From Spizellomyces punctatus DAOM BR117 (Eukaryota), in the NCBI GenBank assembly GCA_000182565.2, contig KQ257459.1: a stretch of 64,000 bases of DNA; one strand, written 5' to 3'. Positions within the stretch are counted from its first letter, which is position 1; each line of letters begins with the position of its first letter. The notes under the pieces were generated by a model. The model did not search any database and was not told the DNA's origin. It worked only from the letters and a program-made list of their open reading frames with translations. Below, one piece after another: positions 14,157-27,081 of this stretch. A program made the translations under genes and the position numbers.

Positions 14157-14599
14157 GAAACGAATGGAGAACTGAATATCTGCAATCTAGTACACGGACA
14201 GTGACTAATGGATAGCTGACATTTATTGACTGGCATGTCATGTATATCTTTGGAGCCCTGACATCAAAATCCAGCTGAGGAGCTCTGGCGACAAAGCTTG
14301 TCGAGCCAAAACGGCTACTGGGAACGATGTTGCTGCGCAGAGTGGGGTTCAACCACAACCACACTGGGAACTTGCCAGTCCTTTAGAATCCATGGATCTA
14401 TTGTAGACCTGCATCATCAAATACGATATCCTCCTTGTGATCTTGTAGTAAGTTGCGATGAAGACTGTCATCATCACAATCGCAATCGCGTAAGCGTGGC
14501 TTGCACCAGAGAGGCGTCTTGCCGCCCGCTGCTTTTATCCGTACCGACCATCTTTAACCCACCCCATTACAGTTCTTTTTCGTCACCGACCAGCAAACC

Positions 14600-15319
14600 A
14601 TGCTGCCCGTTTTCACTGATTATAGACATGAGCCAATTTACCCAGAGTCTTACCATCATCCGCTGAATGTACTATGGTTCTGTCAATCCTTTGCAGCACT
14701 TCTCCAAACCCTGCGAACCGGACGTTTTCTCCCTTCCCCGAAGGCTCCCCAGAACTCGCTTTTCACAAACCAATTCCGCTTGCACCTCATCACTCACACT
14801 ATCTTCTACATCCTCGAATTGGTGTTCACGGACATGATGCATAGTTTCACCAGCATGGCTGTTCACCACATATTTGGCATGCTAATCTTTGGGTGGCTGT
14901 GGATAGAGTGGGAAGGTATGTCCACCGTAGTTTTGATCCCATTTGTGCTGCATGCCTGGTTTTGGGTGTGGAGCACCGGGACGAGTTGGATCTTGTTGAG
15001 TGTCTATAATTGGGCATTCCTTGCGGTCGGGATGGCTCTCTTTGCCAATAATACTATGTACGCCGTAAAATATGGACCAAAGAACGTTCCAATATCTTGG
15101 ATCGGAGTGCCGTTCTTGTCTATAGTTGAAGTAGGTGTGAATGCGTTCACGTATTGCTGGAGTTACTGGGGATATTATTGTCCAGAAGTTAGGCCAAAAG
15201 GCTGGCGAGAGGCGTTCGTACTGTTCGGTGGAATAACGGCCGTTCTAACGGCTTGTGTTTTGGCTAGCGTCCTGACAACAATAAGGCTGACATCGGGTGC
15301 GAAAATCAAGGAAGCCTAG
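14600..15319 (+). CDS. Intronless multi-pass membrane protein, possibly TLC-domain-like
   Basis: 239-aa ORF with several hydrophobic segments and a FYILEL...MAVHHIFG pattern. Confidence 0.6.
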   Translation: MLPVFTDYRHEPIYPESYHHPLNVLWFCQSFAALLQTLRTGRFLPSPKAPQNSLFTNQFRLHLITHTIFYILELVFTDMMHSFTSMAVHHIFGMLIFGWLWIEWEGMSTVVLIPFVLHAWFWVWSTGTSWILLSVYNWAFLAVGMALFANNTMYAVKYGPKNVPISWIGVPFLSIVEVGVNAFTYCWSYWGYYCPEVRPKGWREAFVLFGGITAVLTACVLASVLTTIRLTSGAKIKEA

Positions 15320-15421
15320 AATTGTATAGTTACAGATAGAGCTATAAAATAGATATAAATATTATCCGGGTGAGGGTTCTGCGAAAATGCATACATGTCT
15401 CGTTGAGTACAGCAAAACATG

Positions 15422-17164
15422 CTAACGGCTATGTGACTGGGTGAGAAGAAAGCAAATGAGTCGGTTTGCTAAGATTCTGTTTGCCGTTGCCGTTGCATCA
15501 GTGTTTCCTTTAGGGCCCGTATCCGCCTTTCTATTGATTCCATATCTGCCTTCTAGATACAGGACATATGTTAGCGATACTACACGCCGCGCATTGGCAC
15601 CGGTACAACCCACCTCAACGCCAGATGTACCCTGCCCGTCTTCCTCTCCAACTCCAGCGTTACGATTGCCGTCCAGCGGCCCACTAGAGCTGCGGGTCCC
15701 GGCGCCTTGCACAGTCCGAGTACTTCCTTTCGCTCCCGCAGTCGATCGAGATGTCCGCCCACGACTTGATGTCGGTAAGGGAGGTACAACTGAGGCATGT
15801 AGGTCGCCAGTTGCGGTCCGTGTTACGACGGTCAACGGTGGTGGCATCTGTAAGACAGGATGCTATGTCATATTAGTGGTGTTCGTTACAGTTATTACAG
15901 TGGCATCCTGATGCTCACCGATTGTCTGTTTGGCTGGTTAAAGAAAAACGCCGCCCACGCAGGATAGTCCGCTTCCAGTTGTTGCAACCTGTCCTCAAGT
16001 GCCTTTATTCGCTGATATGCATCCAAAGGTGTTCGAGAAACTGCACAGAAAGAGGCTAAAGCGTCAATCTGATGTGTGACGCCTGCCTGCGCTACTACAT
16101 ACTCACCGAATTCAACGTTAAGGTGTTCCTGTACATTCTTGATACGCTCTTCAATCCCGTCAAGTGGTCGCGACGAAGTATCCTCATATTTAGCGGGTCT
16201 TTTGCCTGCAGGGTCTCGATGTGTTGATCTCTCAAGAGGACCGGATAGGTTATGAACAACATCTAGCTTCATTTGCACCGTCCGATTGAGCTGGGCGGCA
16301 TCAACTCGAGCGCAAGTGCCTTTGAAGTTCAGAATCGACAGATAAGCCACCGCCCATCTTCGTATTAATACGGGGTCCATTCAACCTAGCCCTCACCCTC
16401 TTCAGATGCTTTTGGTCTTAGAAATTCCTTTCTGTTACTCGCATTGATTTGTGCACGCTTCGTCTCGATGAAGTTCTGTATTCGTTTATCCATCTATTTC
16501 CAAATGAGATGGCCTTCTGTATTAGTAGGTGAAAATGTGGACCTGCGCAAAATAAATCACCCACCTCTGCTTTATCTGCTCGGATTTGCACAAGTTCAGG
16601 ATCCAGTCGTGCAGCTTTCGCGTCTCGTTCCTCCAAATCTGCACGTAGACCGACCACTTGTTGGAAATGCTACGTTGGGAGACTCCCAACCGCCATTTCA
16701 CTCACCTAAAAGTTCAGCCGCTTGCTTTCGTTTCATAGGAAGTCCATTTACTTTTTCAATATTTAGTGGGTGCTCGACAGGTTGACTTGCTCGAGTGGAT
16801 AGCTCCAAAAATGCAGACAAGACCGCGTTGGTTTTGATAGTGGTCAAGAATGCACACAAGGCATCCGGGGGAGCGACATGTCTCGGTCGTTGGTCAACCT
16901 GCAGAGCTGCACCTTGCGACGGGGCAATAACCAACCCTATTGAGAAAGTGTATTGTTAGAATAATCAAATCTGTTGCGTGAGCTGAGAGTTGACGACATA
17001 CCTACACTCCCAAGAAAGTCGCGTATAGCACCGAGAACCGCATCGGTTGCAGTCTCACAACTGGCGACGTTAGGAGTTGAAGAGGCAGGGACATGTATAT
17101 TCTGCACTATCGGTGGAGCTTCTGCATTGTCTATTTGAGGAGTGCTGTCGGAATGCGAGTTCAT
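15422..17164 (-). CDS. MBIP-like protein (MAP3K12-binding inhibitory protein / ATAC subunit family); ends approximate
   Basis: Spliced LVQIRADKAE...RIQNFIETKRAQINASNRKEFL...TCARVDA...VVHNLSGP...IEERIKNVQEHL...PLDAYQRIKALEDRLQQLEADYP matches the recalled MBIP conserved blocks. Confidence 0.75.
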
Positions 17165-17314
17165 GGTCGAAAGCTCCTCGCAGCCAGACGGACTTTGGCA
17201 AACTAAGCGCTGCTGACGTGGAGGGCATTGGGTGAGTCATCCTGGACTGGGGATTCGAGGACTTTTTGACATCTTTCATCTTTGCCCTTCCCATTAGCAA
17301 GCTACAAAACAAAC

Positions 17315-18432
17315 ATGACGTTGCCTTACTTTGAATTTGTCTCGGTGCCAGGCTTTCATTCGCAAAAACTCGCTGGGTCGACGTTGCTCATGGTACACCC
17401 ATCTCTGTCGCGATTGTGAATTTGCGGCCATCCTGATAACTGTCCACTGCTGTCTTAGCCAGGCCCGAATGGACTGGGGAATATCGGCCAGCTGGCTTTG
17501 GACCTTTTGATTTCTTCCCTTGATTTGATGAGAGTTGGCTTCATATCTTCGACATTGGTTTTGCCTGTATGTGGAAACGAGGACTATGGAAACGAAACGG
17601 CGCCGAACACGTTGCACACAAGTTTTGAAGGTACATGAACTCTGTACTGTATTTTGTCGGGATTATCACTCATACCTCATCTTCTGCAATAGTATATCAG
17701 TCGCGACCAAGTAATACAACGTCTATCACTCTCATCCAACTACGATCGCCTGTGATTACTGTGAGTTCCAGCAGGAAGGATACGGATTTGGCACATTACT
17801 TAGGGTATATGATTAGAAAAAGGGGGTGCTCTTTTCAAAATCCTTCGCGCACTGGGCTCAACAGATGGCTTTTGAGTCGGTAGTACTAGTAACAGCAGCA
17901 GACGCTGGTCGGCGCGTGGATGGGCAAATTCGCAGCGACCGATTACGGTTCATCTCCACCTCCGACAAATACGTTCACGCGGACCGTCTACAGCAGCTAG
18001 GATTCCCGAGATTAGAAGAGAATGAAACAAAACGTGCATGGGTAGCTAGCGAGCTGGCAAGTCCCATACCGCCAGGAGCTGGTGTATCACGATTCATTTT
18101 TGATGAGTTTCGGGAACTCAGTGTTCCGTTGTTGACTCTGATTTGGTTTGCAATTGAAGGAGGTGAGGCATGGCTCACTTTGTGTCATAAACGAAACATG
18201 ACATAACACCAACTGCGTCTAGACAATTATCAAGACGCCCTCCAGCTTGCGTCGGCGGTCAGATCCTTGGTAAATCATGGGGAAGGTGCGGCTGAGCGCA
18301 ATGCTTTATTAAAGATTCTTGGAGCTTAAACAATTTTTTACAGATAATTCAGAGCAGAATACATGGAAAACTCCATTGTCGTGGAAGGGATTATATGGCA
18401 ATGCAATGTTCACGAAAGCCCTTTTCCAATAG
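17315..18432 (+). CDS. PSMG2: Proteasome assembly chaperone 2 (PAC2/PSMG2)
   Basis: Spliced GSTLLMPGPNGLGNIGQLALDLLISSL...LIQLRSPVI...GAGVSRF...FAIEGDNYQDALQLA...WKTPLSWKGLYG...LFQ*. Confidence 0.88.
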
Positions 18433-18818
18433 AATGGAGCTAGACTAGCGGCTCGTCAGCCGAGCGATGATGTCTGTAACCATTCAGTTGGCATGACGCT
18501 CTTCATTAATGGACCCCGCAAAGATAACTTATGTAAAGCGTCCACGTGGAGGCAGATTGGTTGCGATACGGCTCCTATCGTCGCAACGGCTCATATTCAG
18601 CCAACAGCCCAGCTTGATTGTGCTGACTCTGGCATTTCTGCTCCTTTGTACATCAGGTGCGTGCACGAGCGCGCTGCCTGCGCTGCCTGGTTCCAAATAG
18701 TATGATGTGCTTGTCAATTTACATGCCACTTTACCGGAGATTATGTACAAATCAAAGCAGATCTCCCAACGCTTTGCTAACTCTATCTACAAGTATTGCC
18801 AAGAAGCTCGTGACGCTT

Positions 18819-21800
18819 CTATTTTTTGACTTTCAGCTTCAATTTTAGACCCTTCGGAGGCGCTCCGGCGTTTTCCGCCGAAGGCGTGATTTCAGCGGCA
18901 GGTTGGGACTTCGTCTTCTTGCGCTCGGAGGATTCGTTGGCTGCCTTCTTGCGCTTTACAGCTCCGGGCCCGCCCGCACGTTCCTGAGTCTGAAAGAGAA
19001 AGACACTTAGCATGGTTGCTGCGGTCTCATACAAAACCAATCTTGTCTTACCTGTGGTGTTGCTGATGATCCCGAAAGTATTCGTTCCTCCACGGCCGGA
19101 TTGGCTTTCTGCTTTTTGTCCTTAACCTGACCCCCGTCATCCTTTTCTCTCTTGCGCTTTTTGCTGCCTTGATCACCCTGATAGCAGTCATAATCCATCA
19201 GACAAGCACCAGTGCGTAGTGATGGTGAGGCTTCATACTTACTGCTGCGTCCCCAGCGGATATTTGCTTTTCCATCAAAGTTTTCCATTCCTTTTTGAAA
19301 AACCTCTCCAATGCCACCCCGCAATTGTGTCCGTAACTGGTTTTCGCATTATAAAGATAGCAGTTGGCGAACAGTTGCGCCATATCGGCCTCAAATTCAG
19401 AAGTGTTATTGTACACGTGCTGATCCAGCTTTGTTTGCATCGTCTGCAAGTCGATCGGCGTTTTAATCTTGGTGTCATAGTCGGGCAAGACATTCGAATC
19501 CACAGGTTCCAAAAAAATTACGGCACTGCTATGCTCACGGAGCATTTTCAGCATCTTTTGGATGAGTTGTTCTTCTGAGGAGGACAGTCCAGGGTGTGCT
19601 GGGGCCTGTTGGGGACCCGGTGATGAGCTGCGAGAAAGAGGCTTCTGTCCCTCCCGTTTAATTTGTAAGGGGCTACTTTCGCGGCTCCCCCCTGGAAGTG
19701 ACAGAGACTTCCAGTCCTTTTTGAAAGCAGCTTCAAGTCCTTTACCTTGCTCGTACACCCAGTCCCCTTGTCGTAAGATGTTAGCAGCCATCCGAAGAGG
19801 AGGGTTTCGCTGGTGGTTTTGATGTGTAACTTACCAGGTAGATTGAACCTGAAACAATTGTTGAGCATAAGGTTCACATCATCGCGAAATTCATCGCTAG
19901 CTTTGTATTCGCCACTTTCCAGCTTCTTCTGGATAGTACTGAGATCCATTGGCCGCTTGATAATATCAAAATACTGTGGAATGTTTAGCGCGACTGGATC
20001 AACAGGCTGGAGGAATGCCTGCGCATTTGGATGCCGCTGCAGTTTCTTGAGAATTCTCGCGCATGCCTTTCCGTCCGATGTCGACTTCAGTGGAACACCT
20101 CGGTTTTCTTGGTGGCGGGAGTCGGATGTTACTCGGGTGGACGTGTCCACCACATTGACAGAGATTTTGGGGGATTGGGGCCGTCCTTTAGCGACACTAC
20201 TGGGAGCTGACCCAGCAGAGCCTGTTTTACTTCGTCCCCACTCGCGGTCAAAGATAGCTTCGAGATCCTTTCCTTGAATATAGACAGGTTCCCCGGGCCG
20301 ATTGAACGTGAAGCAATTGGTGAATATGAGCCGCACGTCATTTTCAAATTGCTGAAGTGTCTTATAATTTTTATTCCGAAGATTTTTCCGGACGGTGGAC
20401 AGATCCATCGGCTCTTTGATTATTTCAAAGTAGTCAGGATAAAGCGCCCTGGACACAGGTTGTAGAAATGGCCCCGCCGATTGAGTGGCACTTTCCATCC
20501 GCACAAGAGCACGTTCGCACCGTGCCGCATCCGTAGCAGATAACTCGCCCTTACTGCCAGAAGCTACCAACTTCGAATCATTGGTGTCTGCCATTGGTCG
20601 CAGTGCGTCTGGAGCCTGCGAGTTTTCAGGCCAGGTCTTTTCGAAAATATCGAGAAGTGCTTGGCTGTCCTTATGAACTTGAGTGTCAGGTGGATTGAAC
20701 GTGATTGCGTTGTCCAGCATTAATCGGACATCAGCCTGAAACTCCGCGGGTGTAGAATAGGCATTTTGGTCCAGCTTCTTTTTTATGGTCGAAAGATCCA
20801 TGGGCTCCTTTATTATTTCAAAATACGTGGGTATATTCAAGGCAACCGGATCCACCTAAAGGGCAAACGCGGACAGCGACAACTTAGTGATTCCTTTCAG
20901 TACGATCTGATCTTCTGCTTCAATGATACGCTTACCGGTACTCTAAACCAATGAGACAACTCGTGACTTTGTAAGATTCTCCATGTTTTCCTGCATCGTC
21001 GCATATCGTTCAAGGATAAGACTGGCTTCGGAATTGCTGGAGCCGGTAATATTGAGCGGGAAGGCGGTGCCGGTGGAGTTGGCGGAAGCGGTGCTGGTGG
21101 TGACGACGGCCGAGGTATTCTACTCGCTTTGGGTTCCGTCACTACACTTGGAATGCTAGGAATTGTCGCACTCTGCATGTTGTCCTCCTCCGTCGCCCTG
21201 TTCTGCATATCTAATGCCTCTGGTACCACAGACTCTTCGAAGAAACCTTCCAGCTTCTTCGCTTGCCTATGCACATTGCTTTCTTCGAGATTGTATTCAT
21301 AGCAGTTTTTAAAGATCTGGCGGATGTCCATAAACAAGCGGCTTAAGTCGTCCGCGTAAATGCCTGCTTGCAGGTTTCTTCCTGCCGTTTGGAGATCCAT
21401 CGGCTTTTTGATGACTTGATAGTAGTGTGCATGNNNNNNNNNNNNNNNNNNNNNNNNNNNNNNNNNNNNNNNNNNNNNNNNNNNNNNNNNNNNNNNNNNN
21501 NNNNNNNNNNNNNNNNNNNNNNNNNNNNNNNNNATGGATGATTGCGGAGACGTTTTAACATAGCTTCTCCAATACTTTTAAAAACCGGATCAGGCTCTTT
21601 CAAAATTTCCGGAGGCAAAGGGTTTGGTCGCAACAATACTGGCTTCGTGTCCTCTGTTCGTACACGCGGTGGTGTGGGCTTACTCGATACTTTAGGCTTT
21701 GATAACGAGTCTGCGACTATCATATAGTCATTTATCTTGATCTCCAATGTGGATTACCTTCATCAACATACCATTTTTGATTGTAACCTTCTTCACCGCA

Positions 21801-24800
21801 GGTGGAGCTTCTTCATCACTCGCGCTCTGTTACTGACAGATTAGTGTTACGCCAATCGCCACATTCAAAAAAACTAGCGTACATCGTCTGCCGGCTTCGA
21901 AGGCATTTTGATCCTCAATTTGGGTACTGGTGGGCCACTACTAGCTGCTAATGGTTCTTCTGGAGCTGGATCGTACAAATATTCGCAAAATCGCAGAAGA
22001 TACGTGCGCACCCGGTGATCGAGGGTCTCATTGGAACTATTTTTCACACCAAGTAAGAATGAGATGATTAGTACGAAGAGCTCAACAAGATAGTTCACAT
22101 ACTTCATCAAATGCCACACTGTCTTCGCTATGTCTTGTCTTTGAGAAAGGTTGAATCTCATATGCTCCCAGACATTTTGGCGGTTACCGTGGCCATTGGC
22201 TAGAACGCCGCTGTTTAGGAGCACTCCGGCATTCCCTGGAGTTGACGTTATAGACCCTTTGGTCTCTCCAGTGATGACCCCAATAAATTCAGTCAGTGCT
22301 TTCGCCACATGATACCGAATATAGGGGGCCGGATCGTCCGCGACCAGTCTTAGCAACCATTGAGCAATTTCGGGTATGGAAAGCCCGCCCAGAACTAAAA
22401 GGGCATCGATCGCTATGATCCGTACGTACAGGAAGTTGCCATATCTGAATTAAGCAAGGATATAAATATGTTGACCTGCCCGCAGCTACGGATTTATCGT
22501 CACCTTGCGTGCTGAAGGAATAGAGGCATATCGACCGGTATAAGAGTAGCAAGCATCCACTTCAGCAATGTCTACGAAAGGAACCGGTCACCAAATTAGT
22601 ATGATATCACAAAGTTACGCCGTATGATATGATATAATACCTCCAAACACGCGGCGGTCACTGCGTTATGATATGACGGCATTAACCGGTCCAGGTTTCG
22701 ATAACGGTGAACTTCGCGGAGTGCTTCCCTGAACAAGGGTATATTCGCTGCTGTAGCACTCGTGCTTCCCATCGCGGCCGACAGATCCTCGTCATCGCTA
22801 TCGCCACCAAAAGAGAACTCTTCTACGGTCCCATCGCGAGGAGGGATAGCAACTACCGGGCGTTTTCTGACTTGTCTGGCAGTAGGCAGAAATGAATTTC
22901 CAACTGCGACTATCAGGTTTGCTACAAAGTAGTTATCCGAAAACTAACATTCCGTGGGGCATATAATCAGTTAAATTCAGCCTGTCAGAAACAATCGCAA
23001 GGGGAGGTTTTGCTTACGGAATTGCCGGTATTATCATTGAATTTTAACAGGGCCAGGAGAAATCGTCGACATTGAATGGGCGCTATGTCGTCTAACTCTC
23101 GAACAGCAGCAATCGCCGAAATCAACGCCTGACCATTACAGGTTTGTGATCCATTGGTCCGGTAACCTATCAAGCACTATCGTACCTTCTTAACAAAATA
23201 CTCCTGCATCTCCGTAAAATCGTTGCTCTTTGGCAGTACTGCGTCGGGGTCATTTGCATCACCGAAACAGAACTTCTCCCGAAAAGTATCTAATAGTGAT
23301 CTCACACCGAGAGCACCTCTGTGCTCTGATGTACACTGAACATATATGGCCGATTAAATCCTGCCGCAACGCATTCCGAAGGAGAACTGGTCTTCATACC
23401 CTTGCCAGCGCGCACGCGGCTTCCATCCGCAGGCCGTAATACGCGGTTGTATCTCCGACAAAATCACTCAAGACCGCACAAGTGCCTTGGGAAGGTAAGT
23501 GATCCAGTGCCTCAATGGCCTTAGAAAGGCAGATCATCTGTAAGTTACTTCACAACACATCCATCCTGCCGGTAAAGCAATCCGTACCTCGTATTGCGCG
23601 TTCACATCTCGATCTTTCTGTAACTGGGCTGCCCACATGTAGTCCGACTGCTCAAATATCTTTATACAAAGCCATTGGTTATCAGGGTCAAGGCGAATCC
23701 ACTCGAACGTCAATCTGACCGATGTTCATTAGCCATTAGGAGTTATGAATGCAAAGCTCAGTCTCACCTCTCAGGTTCCTCGTCAATCCATTCTATCCGT
23801 CCCTCTTCAGTTCTTGTTACATCGTGCGTTCCTTCCTCAGTCCCGCCAGCCTCTGTGCCCTTCTTCGATTTCGCGGTAATAGGTTTTCGTCGAATACGTT
23901 TATACTTCGTATGATATTGAATGTCATATTGTTTTTCCAAGTCGTCAATGTGGACTTCAGTATCGTAAGTTCCACCAGGCTCATGTATTCGTATTGTGAA
24001 AGGACCCTGCGGTGAACGTGTTAACAATTGCTACAATAAAATGTTGAGGTACAACCTTACCGTGAACTTTGGAGTGCTTCCAACAATGCCACCATTCGTG
24101 TTCTCTTGACGGAACTTGAACTCCACCATCATCTTCTTCCGGTTGAAATTATACTTGAAAGAGAATCGTGGACATCCGCTACCGTATATCCATTGATCGG
24201 CAAAGGTCTTCAGCTCCAACTTCCCCGTGAGTTTCCTGGCTACTCTGAGAAAATGATGTGTACTAAGACCATTGGGTAGTTCCCCAGCAGCTGCGCTGAG
24301 CAAAATTTTGTTGACCATTTTTTGCAGCATCCCCTTGCCCATGCGTCGTTCGAGCATATACAGAATTATCGGAGACTTCAGTGACAGAAACTCGGATCGT
24401 ACTGATGCCCAATCATCGTCCGGATGGAAATGCTGCAACACCAGCGGGTCGATCATAGTCGGCTGCTCATCTGAGCTCGGATCATCTGGTGCGACAGTGG
24501 TCGGATAAACTGGTGGCTGATTGACATCTAACTCGCATACTCTTTGCATGTCCTGGACGCAACGATGAGCCACTGCCTCCAACATGATCACAACAATAAT
24601 CCGCTTCACCTTTTTAAGTCGAAATTTATACTCATTTTTGCCCAAAAATCTCTCCAGAAACAGCCCCACAATATAGTTGGTTAAACCAACAGTCAACCAC
24701 GTATCAGCCCTACTCAGTGCATCAATACAATGGAACAATACGCGTACAATGTGTGTGAGCGACTCACCATGTTTTCGGCACAATGTAGTGCCCGAACCAT

Positions 24801-26630
24801 TGGGTGACGAGTGCTCGACACAGCAGCCGCATGGTCTCATACGTTTGATCAATTATATTATCTTCCAGCAGAAGGTGAGAACTAAAATCCGGTGAATTCG
24901 CCAAATGTTGCCCGCGGATTAGCTGATGGAAGCCTTAAGAATCTAGCACACAGAGTTTGTACCTAAACACAGCCAGAGTTGCACCGACAGCCGCAGGGTT
25001 GTAGGTGTCTTCAAGAAAAACTTGCTTATATGAACCAAAAGGGAACGGTACTCCCAGATACTGTTCAAAAAAAGCTAACGCCTATCGAACCATAGAGTGA
25101 ATCAAAAGCGACAAGACTTTGTTGAGTGCTAACAACAAACCTGGGCTACAAAACTGGTCGTATACTCCAACTGCTCACGTCTCCCTGGCAAGCAAAAGGC
25201 GTACCCTCCATCGCTAATATCATGGTCCCGGATAAAAGCTTCGGCCCCTGTCGTATCGACTTCGTCTTGTTCGTCTGCGTTCATGTCCTCCGGGACAGTC
25301 GCTTTCATCCACTGGGGAATGGGTATACTGTCGAAGGGTCCAATCGCAAGCATTATACTTGCAGGACAAACTGGATTGCTTAGCACGTAACTGGATATCT
25401 TTTTCGTGGCATCCACAGGATGTAGCACTTGCTCATCCAACTCCCCGCTACAAAGAACGAGCATCTCTCTGTCACCCAGTCTCTGACCCGTCTCTTCATC
25501 AATTTCGTCGCCGACTCCTCCAGGACCAAAAGTTTCTGGCAACGCGTCCCGCAGGGTCCGCGGTGTCACACACTGTATATCCCACGTACAACGTTCTTGA
25601 TATCGGTCAATACAAGGTATCCATAAGCGAGCACTTGAGGTTTGGTTATTCGAGTATAATTGAGGGTATCTCTGTGTAACGCGTTTAAGAATGGTGCAAA
25701 TATAAAAAACAAGCGAAATCAACGGTGTTGTCAAAATTCCTTACGTCTGGCGTTACAAGTGCATCAGGAAGAACAAAGTGAAGCCCTGATCTGGGCTCAG
25801 TCAATATGAAGGTTACTTGAACCTGAATAGTGGCAAAACTGGGGGCAGGCGGAGGACGTCCTGTGCTTTGTTCTACATCTACAAATCGGAAATGTTGAGG
25901 AGCCATCCAACGGGGTGACAGCACCGTAGAATCTTACCAGAAGGTTGCGTTGATAGCTCAGATGTGCCGTTAGTTTGGGTGGTCTTCGTCCATATGTAAT
26001 GTCAGCTTACGAGAAGGACCCAGAATCTTGTCATTGGGAACAATGCAAATACCTGGATAATGGGCACCTGTTCTGGAATATCTATCACCAGTTCGCCTTC
26101 ATCAGATTCTTGGAGTGCATAGGTATAGTGTTGCCTGTATTCTGGATGATGGTACGCAGTTTTTCGGGACGAAGGTGGAACGACTGGAGTGAGGGGATCA
26201 TCGTAAACGTATTTTGTCTCAACTTCATTCACAAGGACTTTCAGGATCTCTAAAATTCCAGGTACAAAATCGATAAGAACAGGCAAATAGATGCATACTG
26301 ACGAGGAAGTCATCGACATACTCGACTGTCTACAGTTCAGTCTAATTTGAGTGAAGTCGGCAGTCAGGGGTGTTATGTAGAGGATGACGCAGCCCTGTTT
26401 AGATTGCGACCATCAGCGGGATTCCCATTGCAAGAAGCTGAGTAAAGCTCATGTCAAGCATCTGGAGAGCTTCACCGGGATACCCACTTTTACGGTGCGT
26501 CTGTGGGNNNNNNNNNNNNNNNNNNNNNNNNNNNNNNNNNNNNNNNNNNNNNNNNNNNNNNNNNNNNNNNNNNNNNNNNNNNNNNNNNNNNNNNNNNNNN
26601 NNNNNNNGACAACGCTCTGGTGACTCGTAA
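18819..26630 (-). CDS. TAF2: TFIID subunit TAF2 (inactive M1 aminopeptidase fold) with five C-terminal bromodomains; first exon not located
   Basis: ARLWIPCID...CTW, LVTQWFG, FADQWIYGSGCPRF...FNRKK, GPFTIRIHEPGG, LLKFNDN; spliced in frame to five PMDL/PIDL...N-x(3)-[YF]N bromodomains. Confidence 0.92.
21434..21533. other. Assembly gap (100 N) inside TAF2 bromodomain 1
   Basis: Run of exactly 100 n. Confidence 0.99.
26508..26607. other. Assembly gap (100 N) inside an N-terminal TAF2 exon
   Basis: Run of exactly 100 n. Confidence 0.99.
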
Positions 26631-27081
26631 GATTTCGAAAACGAAGTACAGGAAGAGCAAAAGAAACCAAGAACAAAGGGAATACGACGAACCAGAAAAT
26701 CTCAGGTTAGAATCTTATATTGTTAAACACCGATGGCGTGGAATTGTCACACCGTCGGTGGAGCTGCCTGGTTACAGGCACCCAACCGCCCTCGTCACAT
26801 AGCAAATGTTCTCCAACAAAAGTGTGTAGATACTTATAATTGGAAAGGTTTTGTAGCCTTCACTTTCGCCACGAGATCCCCACTTGACACTGTCTTTTGC
26901 ATGTCGTCATGACTCTTCGCAGGAGCACAGATTGTCATCAGATGTGTGCCAAAAGCTTTCGCAGGAAACAAGCTGCCCAGAGGTGATCTCTGAGAGCATG
27001 ACCTTTGTCACATGATTTGATCAGGTGACAAGTTCAACAAGTCCAAGGCAGACCATTGAGATCTCTGCTATCGAGGGCACG

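Noticed and set aside
18493-18848. Short ORFs between PAC2 and TAF2
   Set aside because: Lie in the convergent 3' UTR space, with no homology or splice support
21434-26607. Apparent frameshifts or insertions in TAF2 at two sites
   Set aside because: Both are exact 100-N scaffold placeholders; the flanking protein sequence implies only a short stretch is really missing, so this is not a pseudogene
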